DNA from: Patescibacteria group bacterium
GTDB lineage: Bacteria; Patescibacteriota; Minisyncoccia; UBA6257; UBA9933
Direction: 5' to 3'
Length of the DNA stretch: 58,965 nt
Assembly (NCBI GenBank): GCA_038078555.1
Contig: JBBTYQ010000001.1
Location: 1-58,965, forward strand
The stretch's first letter is position 1. Every line of letters begins with the position of its first letter. The notes under the pieces were generated by a model. The model was not told the origin of the DNA. It did no database searches and saw nothing but the letters and a program-made list of their open reading frames with translations. This document shows positions 1 through 9,748 of the stretch, one piece after another. The position numbers and the translations under genes are program-made.

Positions 1-2758
1 AGCCTGTTACTCCGACGTTGTCTGTAGAAGCAGTCCAAGAGAGATTAATTTGAGAAGATGAGATGGCGGTGGCGGATAAGCCGGTGGGAATAGATGGAGC
101 CGTAGTATCAGAAGGCGGCGGCAAAACTGGAGCCGGTTTTATCGGTACAGCTATCATAGCAAATTTTCCAGCGCTCGATAAAATCCAAGACATATTATTT
201 GTGCTCGCACCCTGCTCTATTGAACCAGCGCTTCTGATATTGTTATTAGCTAAAACATTAAACTGCTCTGTTTGATTTGGCCCTGCCAAAGCAGTGGCAT
301 TTACGCTTGCGCCAATAACATCAAAAACCATTTCATTGGAAGCGCTTGATAAGGAAAGCGATGGATTGGCATTGTTACCGCCGGAAATTGCCGAACTTCC
401 CAAAGGATTTGTTTGATTAACGCCGGCAAAAGATACTGCTGAAACTGCTTTGCCCAAGGAATATCTATTACTAAACGATACAATGACATTATTAGCGCCT
501 GTTGGAGGATTAATTAAACTGTAAATATAAGCTCTTTGTGTCCAGGTGCCGTCATGAGTACTGTTGACTTGAATCATATTTTGTCCGGCATAAGTAATAC
601 TGCTTACAATTTCTCCGTAATTATGATCCAACGCCACTGAAACAATCAAAAGCCGATCGTTTCCTGAAACCGTATGGCTGAAAGTCAAATCAGTATAAGC
701 TCCAGCAACTTGAGTGGCAGTGGAAACATTATCAACCGCAATTGTCCCTGCTGGCGGAGGAACTGATGCTAAAGCCACGGAGAATGTAATTACAAAGTCA
801 TCGGGATTGGCGTTATTGGATTGGTCTTGGCAGCGGATGTAATAAGAATATGAAGAGCCGCTGGCTAAGCCGGATATTGTTGTGGAGTGGTTAGTAGAGT
901 TGGTGGAAGAGAAAGTATTGGCTATTGAAGCGTAAGCAGTGCCAGAAGTGGTGGAATATTTACAGGTTGATGTTTCATTAGTTGATAAAGATAAAGTGGT
1001 TTGAGTGGTTGAAGAAGGCAGAACGCCTGAAGGCGCTCCGCTTGATCTGATAGGCGGAGTGGTGTCAATTGAAGCTGATTGAGTAGTGGCTGAAGCGGAA
1101 CTTGATTGAGCTGACAAGTTGCCTGCTGCGTCATAAGCAGAAACTATATAAGAGTAGGCCGTAGAGGCTGATAGTCCTGTATTTGAATAATTAGTATTGG
1201 CCGTAGTGGCTATTTGAGTTCCTGCTCTATATATACGATAGCCGGTGACTCCGACGTTATCTGTCGAAGCAGTCCAAGAGAGATTAATTTGAGAAGATGA
1301 GATGGCGGTGGCGGACAAGCCGGTGGGAATTGAAGGAGCTTGAGTGTCAGCTGGCGGAGGTGGAGGAGGAGGCGGAGGCGGAATTCCCGAACAAGTTGAT
1401 AATAAACCTATACATTCATTGCCGGTGATATAAGCGCCCATAACTGATGGCCACGAGCCGCCGCGGCCGTTTGAAGAATATGAGCTTCTTTTGAAGTCAG
1501 CTGAAGAGCTAAATGAACCGGAGCTGTTTATAAAATTGGGATTAGTATTGACAGAATTCAAATCAAGGCCGCTGTAAGATTGCCAGCCGGAAAGCGTGGT
1601 CGCTCGCGTACCATAATTATGCCACCAAGAAGCCGTAATGCCTGAAGGAGTATAAAAATTATTATAATCGGAATAATGTACAAACGAAGAACCGTCAAAA
1701 GAAATATTATAATTTCCATTAACGTTGTTATAAATAATATTATTAAAAAAATTATGAGCATAAAGCGCTGCGGTTGACCAGGAATATAACGGCCTGCCAA
1801 CATTAAAAAAAACATTGTTATAAATTTGAAATGTCAAAGGATCCATGTTTTGATAAAAGAAATACCTGTCAGCTGATGCTCCTCTAAAAACATTTTGGTA
1901 TATTTTTATGATTTTCCCGTAATTCAAAGCGGCGCCTTCAAATCCTCCACTGGCTGAAGCCACAAATTCATTATAACGATACGTTGCTTGAATCGTACCG
2001 TTTTGTGATTGATATTTTGGATGTACCCATCCTCTGATAGGATTATAAAATTTATTGTTTTCAAAAATTGTATTTTCATCTTTTTCATGCATTACTAAGG
2101 CCAAATTTCCGAAAGACCCTCCGGCTGATTGCGCATTGTCGTGAAGTTTACAATTTTGAATCAACGCATTTCGTGAATTGATAAGACGAATAACGTTTGG
2201 CCAAGCCGCATCAGTGGTTCCCCATGGACCTTGATGATCCCAGCCTCCTGATAAATCGCAATTCTTCAAAGTATTATCGGATCCACCAAAGACAAAACCT
2301 CCAAAAGTGCTTATGCCGTCAATAGTGTTATTGGTGCCCGCCAAAAAAATAGCATTATTAGGATGATATTGAGGAATGGTTTTTGATGAACCTCCTTTTA
2401 TTAACACATATTCGTTATTATAATTTTTAATAAGAATATTAGAGGAGTTATCAATATTTAAAGACCCCATCCACCAACTGGCTCCCGTACCTCCGCCATA
2501 AGGCGTTACATCGCTCCAGTATTCGCCTGCTCTGATATATAAAGTATCGCCATTAGCCAGCGCTTGGCTGGCGGCATAAACGTCTGTATAAACTCTGGAC
2601 GTTCCGCTGCCGCAACTTCTGGCAGCTGGGTCATAAGTGGCACAGTTACTTGTAACCGTGGCGGCATTGTCAAGAAATATAGTGGCTGCCTTGGCAATGT
2701 CTGATGATATAACAAAGATACCCAATAAAACCGTTGTAAAAATCAATATTTTTCTCAT
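1..2758 (-). CDS. Secreted surface protein: signal peptide, right-handed beta-helix-like region, poly-Pro linker, FN3-like modules (C-terminal end lies beyond window start; absent from supplied ORF track)
   Basis: Hand translation of the minus strand from ATG (2758-2756) stays open to position 1. It reads MRKILIFTTVLLGIFVISSDIAKA (signal), then Asn/Gly-rich beta-helix-like repeats and PPPPPPPPP. This is followed by PSIPTGLSATAISSSQINLSWTASTDNVGVTGYRIYRAG (FN3-like), a TCKYS...YYIRCQDQSNN module, and a second FN3 start at 1-100. The track appears to need an in-window stop codon, which explains the omission. Confidence 0.75.
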   Translation of the reverse strand, partial: MRKILIFTTVLLGIFVISSDIAKAATIFLDNAATVTSNCATYDPAARSCGSGTSRVYTDVYAASQALANGDTLYIRAGEYWSDVTPYGGGTGASWWMGSLNIDNSSNILIKNYNNEYVLIKGGSSKTIPQYHPNNAIFLAGTNNTIDGISTFGGFVFGGSDNTLKNCDLSGGWDHQGPWGTTDAAWPNVIRLINSRNALIQNCKLHDNAQSAGGSFGNLALVMHEKDENTIFENNKFYNPIRGWVHPKYQSQNGTIQATYRYNEFVASASGGFEGAALNYGKIIKIYQNVFRGASADRYFFYQNMDPLTFQIYNNVFFNVGRPLYSWSTAALYAHNFFNNIIYNNVNGNYNISFDGSSFVHYSDYNNFYTPSGITASWWHNYGTRATTLSGWQSYSGLDLNSVNTNPNFINSSGSFSSSADFKRSSYSSNGRGGSWPSVMGAYITGNECIGLLSTCSGIPPPPPPPPPPADTQAPSIPTGLSATAISSSQINLSWTASTDNVGVTGYRIYRAGTQIATTANTNYSNTGLSASTAYSYIVSAYDAAGNLSAQSSSASATTQSASIDTTPPIRSSGAPSGVLPSSTTQTTLSLSTNETSTCKYSTTSGTAYASIANTFSSTNSTNHSTTISGLASGSSYSYYIRCQDQSNNANPDDFVITFSVALASVPPPAGTIAVDNVSTATQVAGAYTDLTFSHTVSGNDRLLIVSVALDHNYGEIVSSITYAGQNMIQVNSTHDGTWTQRAYIYSLINPPTGANNVIVSFSNRYSLGKAVSAVSFAGVNQTNPLGSSAISGGNNANPSLSLSSASNEMVFDVIGASVNATALAGPNQTEQFNVLANNNIRSAGSIEQGASTNNMSWILSSAGKFAMIAVPIKPAPVLPPPSDTTAPSIPTGLSATAISSSQINLSWTASTDNVGVTG

Positions 2759-2841
2759 GTTTCTATTTTACCATTTTTTTTGAAAAAATTTAAATAGCAT
2801 GAACGTCAATTAAATAAGGCATAAGTTTATCTTATATTTTA

Positions 2842-4086
2842 TTAGTTTGCCGAATTAAAAAGCGCCTGGATTTCCCAGTCAAATAAAACGCGGTTATAAA
2901 TGCGGATTTCATCAAGAAATCCGTTAAAAAACCTGTTCTTATAACCGCTTCGACCGAATTCAACATTGGTTGGAGTGTCTGGCGAAGTTGAAGGCAATAT
3001 CGTCGAGTTTTCCGGTTCTCCGTTTAAATAAATTTTAACTTCCCGCGTTGAATTATTATAAGTAAAAGCTCCATAATGCCAATCCCCGGCAGAAATCACA
3101 TTTGTGCCCATTAAACCGTTAGTCGGAGGATTATCCCAATTGTTTCCCGCAAGCTCATAACCGAAATAAATAAGGTCATTAATCATACCCAGTCCCCAAT
3201 CTTTATTATCAACACCATAAAATTTGAAAACAAAAGGAATCGGGTTTCCGGGATCTCCGCCTCCGGCATTTAATTTAAACCAAGTCAAAACCGTCAAGTC
3301 GCGGCCTCCGCTTAATTCCGGCACATCGGGCACGATAACGTAATTATTAACGCCATTAAAACTTAGACCGTTATTTACTTTCCCAATAGTCCAAGTCGGC
3401 CCATTAGTCAGCGTGCCGTTATTGCCATTCATTGTAAAATCAACGGCTGTGGTTCCTGAAGATTCATCCAATTTCCAATAACCGGCAATAGCCAAAGCGT
3501 TTGTCCAAAGCGTTAGATTTCTTCCTATCTCATATCGCGCATCATCGCTACCGCCGTCAGTTAAGGCGATTTGTTTTAAGTATTTCTTTGATTCCAAAAG
3601 AGAAGCGAAAACGTAATCAGCCGGACTGGCCACGTAGTTATAATAAAGTCCTGACAAAGAATTGTTTATCGGGTCAATCGGCAAAGCGGAAAACGGCGCT
3701 CCGCTTTCAATTAAAGTGAGGTCCACTGGCACCCAGCCAGTGCTGTCTATTTTTCTATAATCAGTGTCTGATTTGCAGCTGTAATTCCAGCCGCTGGGCA
3801 AAGACGGAAGCAGTAGCGGGTTGCCTGAACCATAATCACAATCAGCAGTAGCATAAGGCAGGGAAATATAAACCGTATTGGCGCTGCCGTAAGAGCCATT
3901 GCCTAAGCTGTATAAATTTAAAGCTGAGTTAAGAGCCTTTAGGTCGGCTATTCTTTTGGTGTCTCTTGATTGTTTCAAAAGCTCCGCGGGATTTAATACT
4001 ACTACCGCGCTGGTGGCCAAAACAGCCAAAATGCCGATGACGATAAGAAGTTCTAAAAGCGTAAATGATTTTTCGCTGTTTAACAT
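2842..4086 (-). CDS. Type IV pilin-like protein (prepilin N-terminal methylation/TM segment) fused to a LamG/concanavalin-type lectin domain
   Basis: The N-terminus MLNSEKSFTLLELLIVIGILAVLA is a class III signal/pilin helix. The C-terminal IAGYWKLDESSGTTAVDFTMNGNNGTLTNGPTWTIGKVNNGLSFNGVNNYVIVPD ... FNGFLDEIRIYNR is a typical LamG (Laminin_G_3) signature. Confidence 0.8.
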   Translation of the reverse strand: MLNSEKSFTLLELLIVIGILAVLATSAVVVLNPAELLKQSRDTKRIADLKALNSALNLYSLGNGSYGSANTVYISLPYATADCDYGSGNPLLLPSLPSGWNYSCKSDTDYRKIDSTGWVPVDLTLIESGAPFSALPIDPINNSLSGLYYNYVASPADYVFASLLESKKYLKQIALTDGGSDDARYEIGRNLTLWTNALAIAGYWKLDESSGTTAVDFTMNGNNGTLTNGPTWTIGKVNNGLSFNGVNNYVIVPDVPELSGGRDLTVLTWFKLNAGGGDPGNPIPFVFKFYGVDNKDWGLGMINDLIYFGYELAGNNWDNPPTNGLMGTNVISAGDWHYGAFTYNNSTREVKIYLNGEPENSTILPSTSPDTPTNVEFGRSGYKNRFFNGFLDEIRIYNRVLFDWEIQALFNSAN

Positions 4087-4251
4087 TATTAAATTATCGG
4101 AAATAAAATTTTCCTTTTATTAGCATTCTAAATGGCAATGTCTAAAAAAACGTCCCCTCTCGTAAATTTCACACACAATCTAAATAAGAAAGTCTATTAA
4201 GATACGCAATTGCGATAGATAATAGCATAAAACTTTCTCGCAAATCATAAA

Positions 4252-5295
4252 TCAAGCTTCGGAATCATTAGAATCATTAGAAAAACTTAGCCTTCCGTCA
4301 TTTTTTCTGGCAGCCCAATCTTCGATTATCTCCTGAATAACCACTGCGGTCGGCACCGCCAAAAGCAAACCGGCAAATCCCGCAATTTTAGCTCCAGCCA
4401 AAAGAGAAATAACGACAACCACCGGATGAAGACCGACTGTGCGTCTCATTACAAAAGGAACAAGTAAATGATTTTCTAATTGCTGAAGAACAAGAAATAA
4501 AACTATTACCGAAATAGCCAAAGTCCATGATTCGGAAACCGCAACAAAAAAAGCCAAAACTCCGGTAATTACCGGCCCGACAAAAGGAACCATTTCCAAA
4601 ATTCCTCCGAGAATTCCAAAAATCAAGCCGTACTTCACTCCTAATATCATTAATCCGATAAAAATAGTAAAACCTACAATAAGGCTTAAAATTAATTGTC
4701 CTTGCAGCCAAAGTCCAAGCTTTTGCTTGGCGCGCAAATAAATTCTAATAACATAATCCTCCTGAACCGGAGGCAAAATTGCCCTTAAAAATCTTTCTAC
4801 TCCGTATTTGCTTGCGGAAAGATAAAAAGAAAGCACGAAAACAGCCACTACAAAAGTAATCCCGCCAAAAATTTTCGGAATAATGCCGACAAAAGAAGTT
4901 CCGCCCGCGAGCAATACATCGGTAAATTGATTCAAGCTTTGCTCAAAATTTTGAAGCATTTCCGGAGTTACCAGCGACCCTAAGGCCGGTATTTCTAATT
5001 CTTTTATATTGACAGAAAGATTATTAAATTCCACCGCTGCAACCGGAACAATAATATAAAGCAGTACTGACAAAACCGCCAAAATCATAAAAAATATAAA
5101 AAGCGCGCCCAAAATCCGCGGGATGCCCCGTCTTTCTAAAAAACTGATAGGCGTATCAATAGCCGAAGATATTACTAAGGCCAGAAAAAGAATTACAAAA
5201 ACATCGCGCAATAAAAAAATAGCGAGAGCAAAAAACACTATCAGCAAAATTCGCCAAAGAGAAGCCCAAGAAATGTCAATTACGGTTTTTTCCAT
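4252..5295 (-). CDS. AI-2E family transporter (PerM/UPF0118-like permease)
   Basis: 347-aa polytopic membrane protein with the characteristic layout and C-terminal LLAVPTAVVIQ segment of the AI-2E family. Confidence 0.8.
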   Translation of the reverse strand: MEKTVIDISWASLWRILLIVFFALAIFLLRDVFVILFLALVISSAIDTPISFLERRGIPRILGALFIFFMILAVLSVLLYIIVPVAAVEFNNLSVNIKELEIPALGSLVTPEMLQNFEQSLNQFTDVLLAGGTSFVGIIPKIFGGITFVVAVFVLSFYLSASKYGVERFLRAILPPVQEDYVIRIYLRAKQKLGLWLQGQLILSLIVGFTIFIGLMILGVKYGLIFGILGGILEMVPFVGPVITGVLAFFVAVSESWTLAISVIVLFLVLQQLENHLLVPFVMRRTVGLHPVVVVISLLAGAKIAGFAGLLLAVPTAVVIQEIIEDWAARKNDGRLSFSNDSNDSEA

Positions 5296-5331
5296 TGCAA
5301 TTAGAAAATGTTAAATATATTCAATATTCTA

Positions 5332-6606
5332 CTATATTTTCAATATTTCTTCAAATTTTTCCTCTTCTTTAAAAGGCCCGATTATCGCCAAATTAAGTTT
5401 TTCATTTTTAAAAATATCTTGAGCAACCGCCATAATCTCCTCTGCCGAAACAGCTTGAATTTTTTCCGCCAACTCCTCTGGGCTAATGAGCTCTCTGGTT
5501 AAAATTTCCTGACCGCCGTAAAAACTGGCAATTTCATCCGATGTTTCCAAAGAAAGCATCAAATTGCCCAATAAATGATCTTTTGTTTTTTTAAGTTCCT
5601 TATCTCCAACTAAATCCTCAGTCATTTTCTTAAGCTCTTCAATAGTTGCAGAAATAACTTCTTTTATCCTTTTATTATCGGCGCCGATTAAAGCCACCAA
5701 ATAACCGTGGTCGGTGAATAAATCAGCACTTGCCCAAGCATAATAAGCCGCCCCCATTTCTTCTCTTATCTTTTGGAATAATCGAGAGCTCATACTACCG
5801 CCAATAATATGAGATAAAACTTGAAGCGCATACTTTCTTTTGTCAAAAATATCATAAGCTCTAACGCCTAAAATTAAATGCGTCTGGTCTGACTCTTTAT
5901 GTTTTAATAAAACCTGAGAGTTTTCTTGAGATTCCTTGGTTTTAATTTTCTGAATTTTTTCATTTATTTTTATTTCGGAAAAGGCGCTTTTTATTTTTTC
6001 AACTGCTTCTTCGTTAAATTTTCCGGAAACAACTATAATTGTTGACGAAGCCAAGTAATGCTCGTTTTTGTATTTTAAAAAATCTCCCGAATTGATTTTT
6101 TGCACTGTTTCTTTCGTTCCTAAAATATCCCAGCCAGCCGGCTGGTCTCCATAAAGAAGTTCTGTCCAAATATCCCACACATACCGTTTTGGATCGTCTC
6201 TGGTCATATTTATTTCTTCAATAATAACGCCTTTTTCTTTTTCAATTTCTTTTTGGTCAAAAACTGAATTAAGATACATATCGGAAACAATATCAAGCGT
6301 TTTATCAAAATGAATCGGTAAGGTCTTAACCCAATAACCGGTATATTCATGGCTGGTAAAAGCGTTATATGACGCGCCAAGTCCATCAAGCTCGGAAACA
6401 ATATCTATCGCGCGCGGCCGCTTTGTTGTGCCCTTAAAACACATATGCTCCAAAAAATGGGAGATGCCGTTAATTTCTTTAACTTCGTATTTTGAACCGG
6501 CTTCAACTAAAACAAGCACTGTTGTTGAAAAACTATCGTTTTTTGGCGCTAAAATTATACGCAAGCCGTTATCTAAAGTTATTTTGTTGAATTTCTCCAT
6601 TTTCAA
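5332..6606 (-). CDS. M16 family (pitrilysin/insulinase-like) zinc peptidase
   Basis: Inverted zinc motif HFLEHMCFKGT (HxxEH) near the N-terminus. The 424-aa length is typical of M16B. Confidence 0.85.
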   Translation of the reverse strand: MKMEKFNKITLDNGLRIILAPKNDSFSTTVLVLVEAGSKYEVKEINGISHFLEHMCFKGTTKRPRAIDIVSELDGLGASYNAFTSHEYTGYWVKTLPIHFDKTLDIVSDMYLNSVFDQKEIEKEKGVIIEEINMTRDDPKRYVWDIWTELLYGDQPAGWDILGTKETVQKINSGDFLKYKNEHYLASSTIIVVSGKFNEEAVEKIKSAFSEIKINEKIQKIKTKESQENSQVLLKHKESDQTHLILGVRAYDIFDKRKYALQVLSHIIGGSMSSRLFQKIREEMGAAYYAWASADLFTDHGYLVALIGADNKRIKEVISATIEELKKMTEDLVGDKELKKTKDHLLGNLMLSLETSDEIASFYGGQEILTRELISPEELAEKIQAVSAEEIMAVAQDIFKNEKLNLAIIGPFKEEEKFEEILKI

Positions 6607-7904
6607 TCAGTTAATTTTTGAGTTAAATAATTTTTTAATTCGGATATTTTTATCCTTTCTTGAGCCATAGTATCCCGATTTCTAACTGTAACATCGTTAT
6701 TTTCCAAACTATCAAAATCTACTGTTATGCAAAACGGCGTGCCGATTTCATCTTGAGAATAATAGCGTTTTCCGATATTGCCTCTATCATCCCAGACAAC
6801 TTTAAAATCTTTGCGTAAATCATCATAAACATTTTTTGCCATATTTGATAAATCAGGTTTATTGGCAAGCAAAGGAAAAACCGCTGCTTTGTGCGGGCTT
6901 AAATTATAAGCTAACTTCAAGACTACTCTGCCTTCTTCCTCGCTATATGCCTCAAGAAGAACCGCAAGTAATGTCCGGTCAACTCCAAAAGTCGGCTCAA
7001 TCACATGAGGTAAAAATTTATCGCCTGTAATTTGGTCGGAATAATTCAATTCAACTCCGCTTTGCTCAGAATGATTCTTCAAATCAAAATTAGTCCGGTA
7101 AGCTAAACCATAAAGCTCATCTAAACCAAATGGAAATTTATATTCTATATCTATTGTGCGCTTGGAATAATGAGCGCGCTCACCATCAGGAATTTCGTGA
7201 AAGTTAAGGTTTTTCGCTTTAATGCCTATTAATTTCATCCAATTCTTCATCTGACTGAGCCAATGGTCAAACCATTTTTTCCACTCGTCCTCGCGGATAA
7301 AATATTCTATTTCCATCTGCTCAAATTCTCTGGTTCTGAAAATAAAATTTCCCGGAGTAATTTCGTTTCTAAACGCTTTACCTATCTGTGCTATGCCAAA
7401 AGGAATTCTAGGATGAAAACTATCGATAATATTTTTAAAATTAACGAACATTCCCTGAGCGGTTTCCGGACGCAAATAAGTGAGTCCTGTATCATTTTCA
7501 ACAGGACCAAGATAAGTTTTCATCATGGTATTAAACTGCCGCGGCTCTGTAAGCTCTCCGCCGCAAACAGGACAAATTTTCGGATTTTCTAATTTATCCG
7601 GCCTGAATCGATTTTTGCATTTTTTACAATCGGACAGAGGGTCGGAAAAATTTACTTCGTGTCCAGAAGCCTGCCAAACCTTGCGATTCATAATCAAAGC
7701 GCTGTCTATGCCATACATATCATCGCGCTTATAAGTAAAAATCTTCCACCAAAGATTTTTTATATTATTTTTAAGCTCAACGCCTAAAGGGCCGTAATCC
7801 CAAGAATTCGCCAAGCCGCCATAAATTTCCGAGCCGGGATAAATAAAACCCCTCCTTTTGCACAAACTGACGATTTTATCCATTAAATTATCAGAATTTT
7901 TCAT
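6603..7904 (-). CDS. glyQS: Glycine--tRNA ligase (homodimeric class II type)
   Basis: IYPGSEIYGGLANSWDYGPLGVELKNNIKNLWW and class II motifs. The track start at 7928 is TTG. The first ATG (MKNSDNLMDKIV) is at 7904. Confidence 0.93.
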   Translation of the reverse strand: MKNSDNLMDKIVSLCKRRGFIYPGSEIYGGLANSWDYGPLGVELKNNIKNLWWKIFTYKRDDMYGIDSALIMNRKVWQASGHEVNFSDPLSDCKKCKNRFRPDKLENPKICPVCGGELTEPRQFNTMMKTYLGPVENDTGLTYLRPETAQGMFVNFKNIIDSFHPRIPFGIAQIGKAFRNEITPGNFIFRTREFEQMEIEYFIREDEWKKWFDHWLSQMKNWMKLIGIKAKNLNFHEIPDGERAHYSKRTIDIEYKFPFGLDELYGLAYRTNFDLKNHSEQSGVELNYSDQITGDKFLPHVIEPTFGVDRTLLAVLLEAYSEEEGRVVLKLAYNLSPHKAAVFPLLANKPDLSNMAKNVYDDLRKDFKVVWDDRGNIGKRYYSQDEIGTPFCITVDFDSLENNDVTVRNRDTMAQERIKISELKNYLTQKLTD

Positions 7905-7992
7905 AAATAGTTTTTTTGAGTATAGCAAAGCTGGAGTAAAAATAAAGCCCGTTTTGGGCTTTTCGCTTATAATCGTTTCCTGAAATTTTTCT

Positions 7993-8688
7993 TTAAATGC
8001 TGTTTAATTTTTCAAAAGCTTCTTGGGGATTTAAACTATTCCAAATATACGATGCTGAAGCAGCAATATCAGCCCCTGCTTCTTTTGCCAATTGAGCCAA
8101 TTCAAAATTAATTCCGCCGTCAATTTCTATTACAATATCAGAATATCCTAATTCAACATTTTTTAAAAATTCTATTTTTTTCATTACTTTCGCCTGAAAT
8201 TGCTGGCCTGACAAGCCGGGATTAACCGCCAAAATCTGTACCATATCTATTTTGTCTAAATAGGACAAAATTTCCTCTATAGCTGTATCAGGATTAATTG
8301 CCAAGCCTACTTCAACACCGCCAGCCGCGCATTTATCCAAGATTAAATTAAGAATATCTGCTTCGCTATTATTTTCGCTGGCTGCTGCGGAATTTTTAAT
8401 CGCCTCGAAATGAACGATTATTCTCTGAATGCCCGTTTTAATCCAATCATCAATCGCTTCTTCTGGATGTTCTACCATTAAATGAACTTCTATATTAACG
8501 TCTGGCAATTGATTTTTTGCATCTGACAACTCCCCCGGGTTATTCCATGTTTTCCAATCTGTAAATTTGCCGTCGGCAATATCAATCTGAATCCATCCGC
8601 CGGATTGCGAAAAAAAATCTCCGGCTTTTTTTAATTTTTCGGAAACACACTCAAAATTTTGGCAATTAATTGCTGGAATAATGTTCAT
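7993..8688 (-). CDS. rpe: Ribulose-phosphate 3-epimerase-like TIM-barrel enzyme
   Basis: IQIDIADGKF, HLMVEHPE, GLAINPDT, VNPGLSGQQF and IEIDGGIN match the Rpe barrel motifs. It lies next to rpiB. Confidence 0.75.
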   Translation of the reverse strand: MNIIPAINCQNFECVSEKLKKAGDFFSQSGGWIQIDIADGKFTDWKTWNNPGELSDAKNQLPDVNIEVHLMVEHPEEAIDDWIKTGIQRIIVHFEAIKNSAAASENNSEADILNLILDKCAAGGVEVGLAINPDTAIEEILSYLDKIDMVQILAVNPGLSGQQFQAKVMKKIEFLKNVELGYSDIVIEIDGGINFELAQLAKEAGADIAASASYIWNSLNPQEAFEKLNSI

Positions 8689-8702
8689 TTAAAGATAATC
8701 TG

Positions 8703-9254
8703 CTACTCTATTATAAAAACGGCCGTTGCTACAACTGATGTCCAAAGGCCGCCCTTATTGCCTTCGGCTGATTGAGTGGTGTTAAAAGTTTTAAAAATTT
8801 TTCCTGAGGCTTTATAAATTTGCTCTCTTTCATCCCAAGCGATACTTGAATCAAATTCAATGCCTAAGGTAGTGGCTAACATCGTGGCCGCTAAGTCTTC
8901 GGCATACTCCCCGGCTTTTTCCGAAGTTTCTCCGAAAGGATGATGCTCGGATAAATATCCGTATTGATTTGAATCCTGCGGTAAAGCCGTACCAATAGAA
9001 GCGGCAATCAAACGATTTGGCTCATTAGTCGCGTTTCTTGCCATAACGCAATGAACAATCGCTCCGGGTTTTAAAATTTGCAAGCCTTCTTCGCGGGAAA
9101 TTTTTTTGCAATTAGGAGGAAAAATAGAAGAAACCGTCACTAAATTAAAAGGAGCAATGCCGGCATCCCGCAACGCCATCTCAAAAGAAGTTAATTGCTC
9201 TCGGTGTACTCCAACGCCTTTGGTAAAAAAAATTTTTGAAGCCGTAAAATTCAT
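8703..9254 (-). CDS. pdaD: Pyruvoyl-dependent arginine decarboxylase
   Basis: [26 protein letters not shown] contains the conserved self-cleavage Ser-Ser region of PvlArgDC. The 183-aa size fits. Confidence 0.8.
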   Translation of the reverse strand: MNFTASKIFFTKGVGVHREQLTSFEMALRDAGIAPFNLVTVSSIFPPNCKKISREEGLQILKPGAIVHCVMARNATNEPNRLIAASIGTALPQDSNQYGYLSEHHPFGETSEKAGEYAEDLAATMLATTLGIEFDSSIAWDEREQIYKASGKIFKTFNTTQSAEGNKGGLWTSVVATAVFIIE

Positions 9255-9267
9255 ATATTTTTTATTG

Positions 9268-9747
9268 TTATGTTTTTTTATTTATTAAATTATTCTCTAT
9301 TTCTTTTATTTTTTCAAGTCTTCTCTTGTGCTTTTCTTCTCCGGAAAAAGGCGTCTTAAGCCAAACCTCTAAAATTTCCCAAGCGCTTTCATCATTTAAA
9401 AATTCAGCAGCTAATGACAAAATATTGGAGTCATCGTCGTTCCGGCTAAAATAAGCTTGTTCTTTATTAGCTGCTAAAGCTGAACGGATGCCCGGAAACT
9501 TATTTGCAACAACATCAACTCCCACTCCCGATCCGCAAATTAAAATTCCTCTCCGATTTAAAAAATCCTGAGCCACGGCCTTGACGACCGAAAATGCAAA
9601 ATCCGGATAATCATCGCTTGCTTCATAATTTCCATTGCCCGCATCAATCACTTCATAACCGGTCTTTTTTAAATTATCTTCCAAAAACTCTTTTAATTTA
9701 AAGCCTCGATGATCAGCGCCAATATAAATTATAATTTTATTATTCAT
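9268..9747 (-). CDS. rpiB: Ribose-5-phosphate isomerase B (RpiB/LacA/LacB family)
   Basis: [14 protein letters not shown] ... [23 protein letters not shown] is the canonical RpiB signature. Confidence 0.9.
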   Translation of the reverse strand: MNNKIIIYIGADHRGFKLKEFLEDNLKKTGYEVIDAGNGNYEASDDYPDFAFSVVKAVAQDFLNRRGILICGSGVGVDVVANKFPGIRSALAANKEQAYFSRNDDDSNILSLAAEFLNDESAWEILEVWLKTPFSGEEKHKRRLEKIKEIENNLINKKT

Positions 9748-9748
9748 T

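Noticed and set aside
1-1339. The FN3 repeat pair (1-100 vs 1240-1339) as a diversity-generating retroelement template/variable pair
   Set aside because: The roughly 8 mismatches are not adenine-specific (t/g, g/a, a/c, t/c, a/t). No reverse transcriptase gene is present in the window. It is an ordinary domain duplication.
4388-4711. A 107-aa ORF nested in the AI-2E transporter gene, and similar nested ORFs in glyQS, pnp, uvrA and uvrB
   Set aside because: These are out-of-frame or antisense reads inside genes with clear family signatures. Their composition is typical of non-coding frames.
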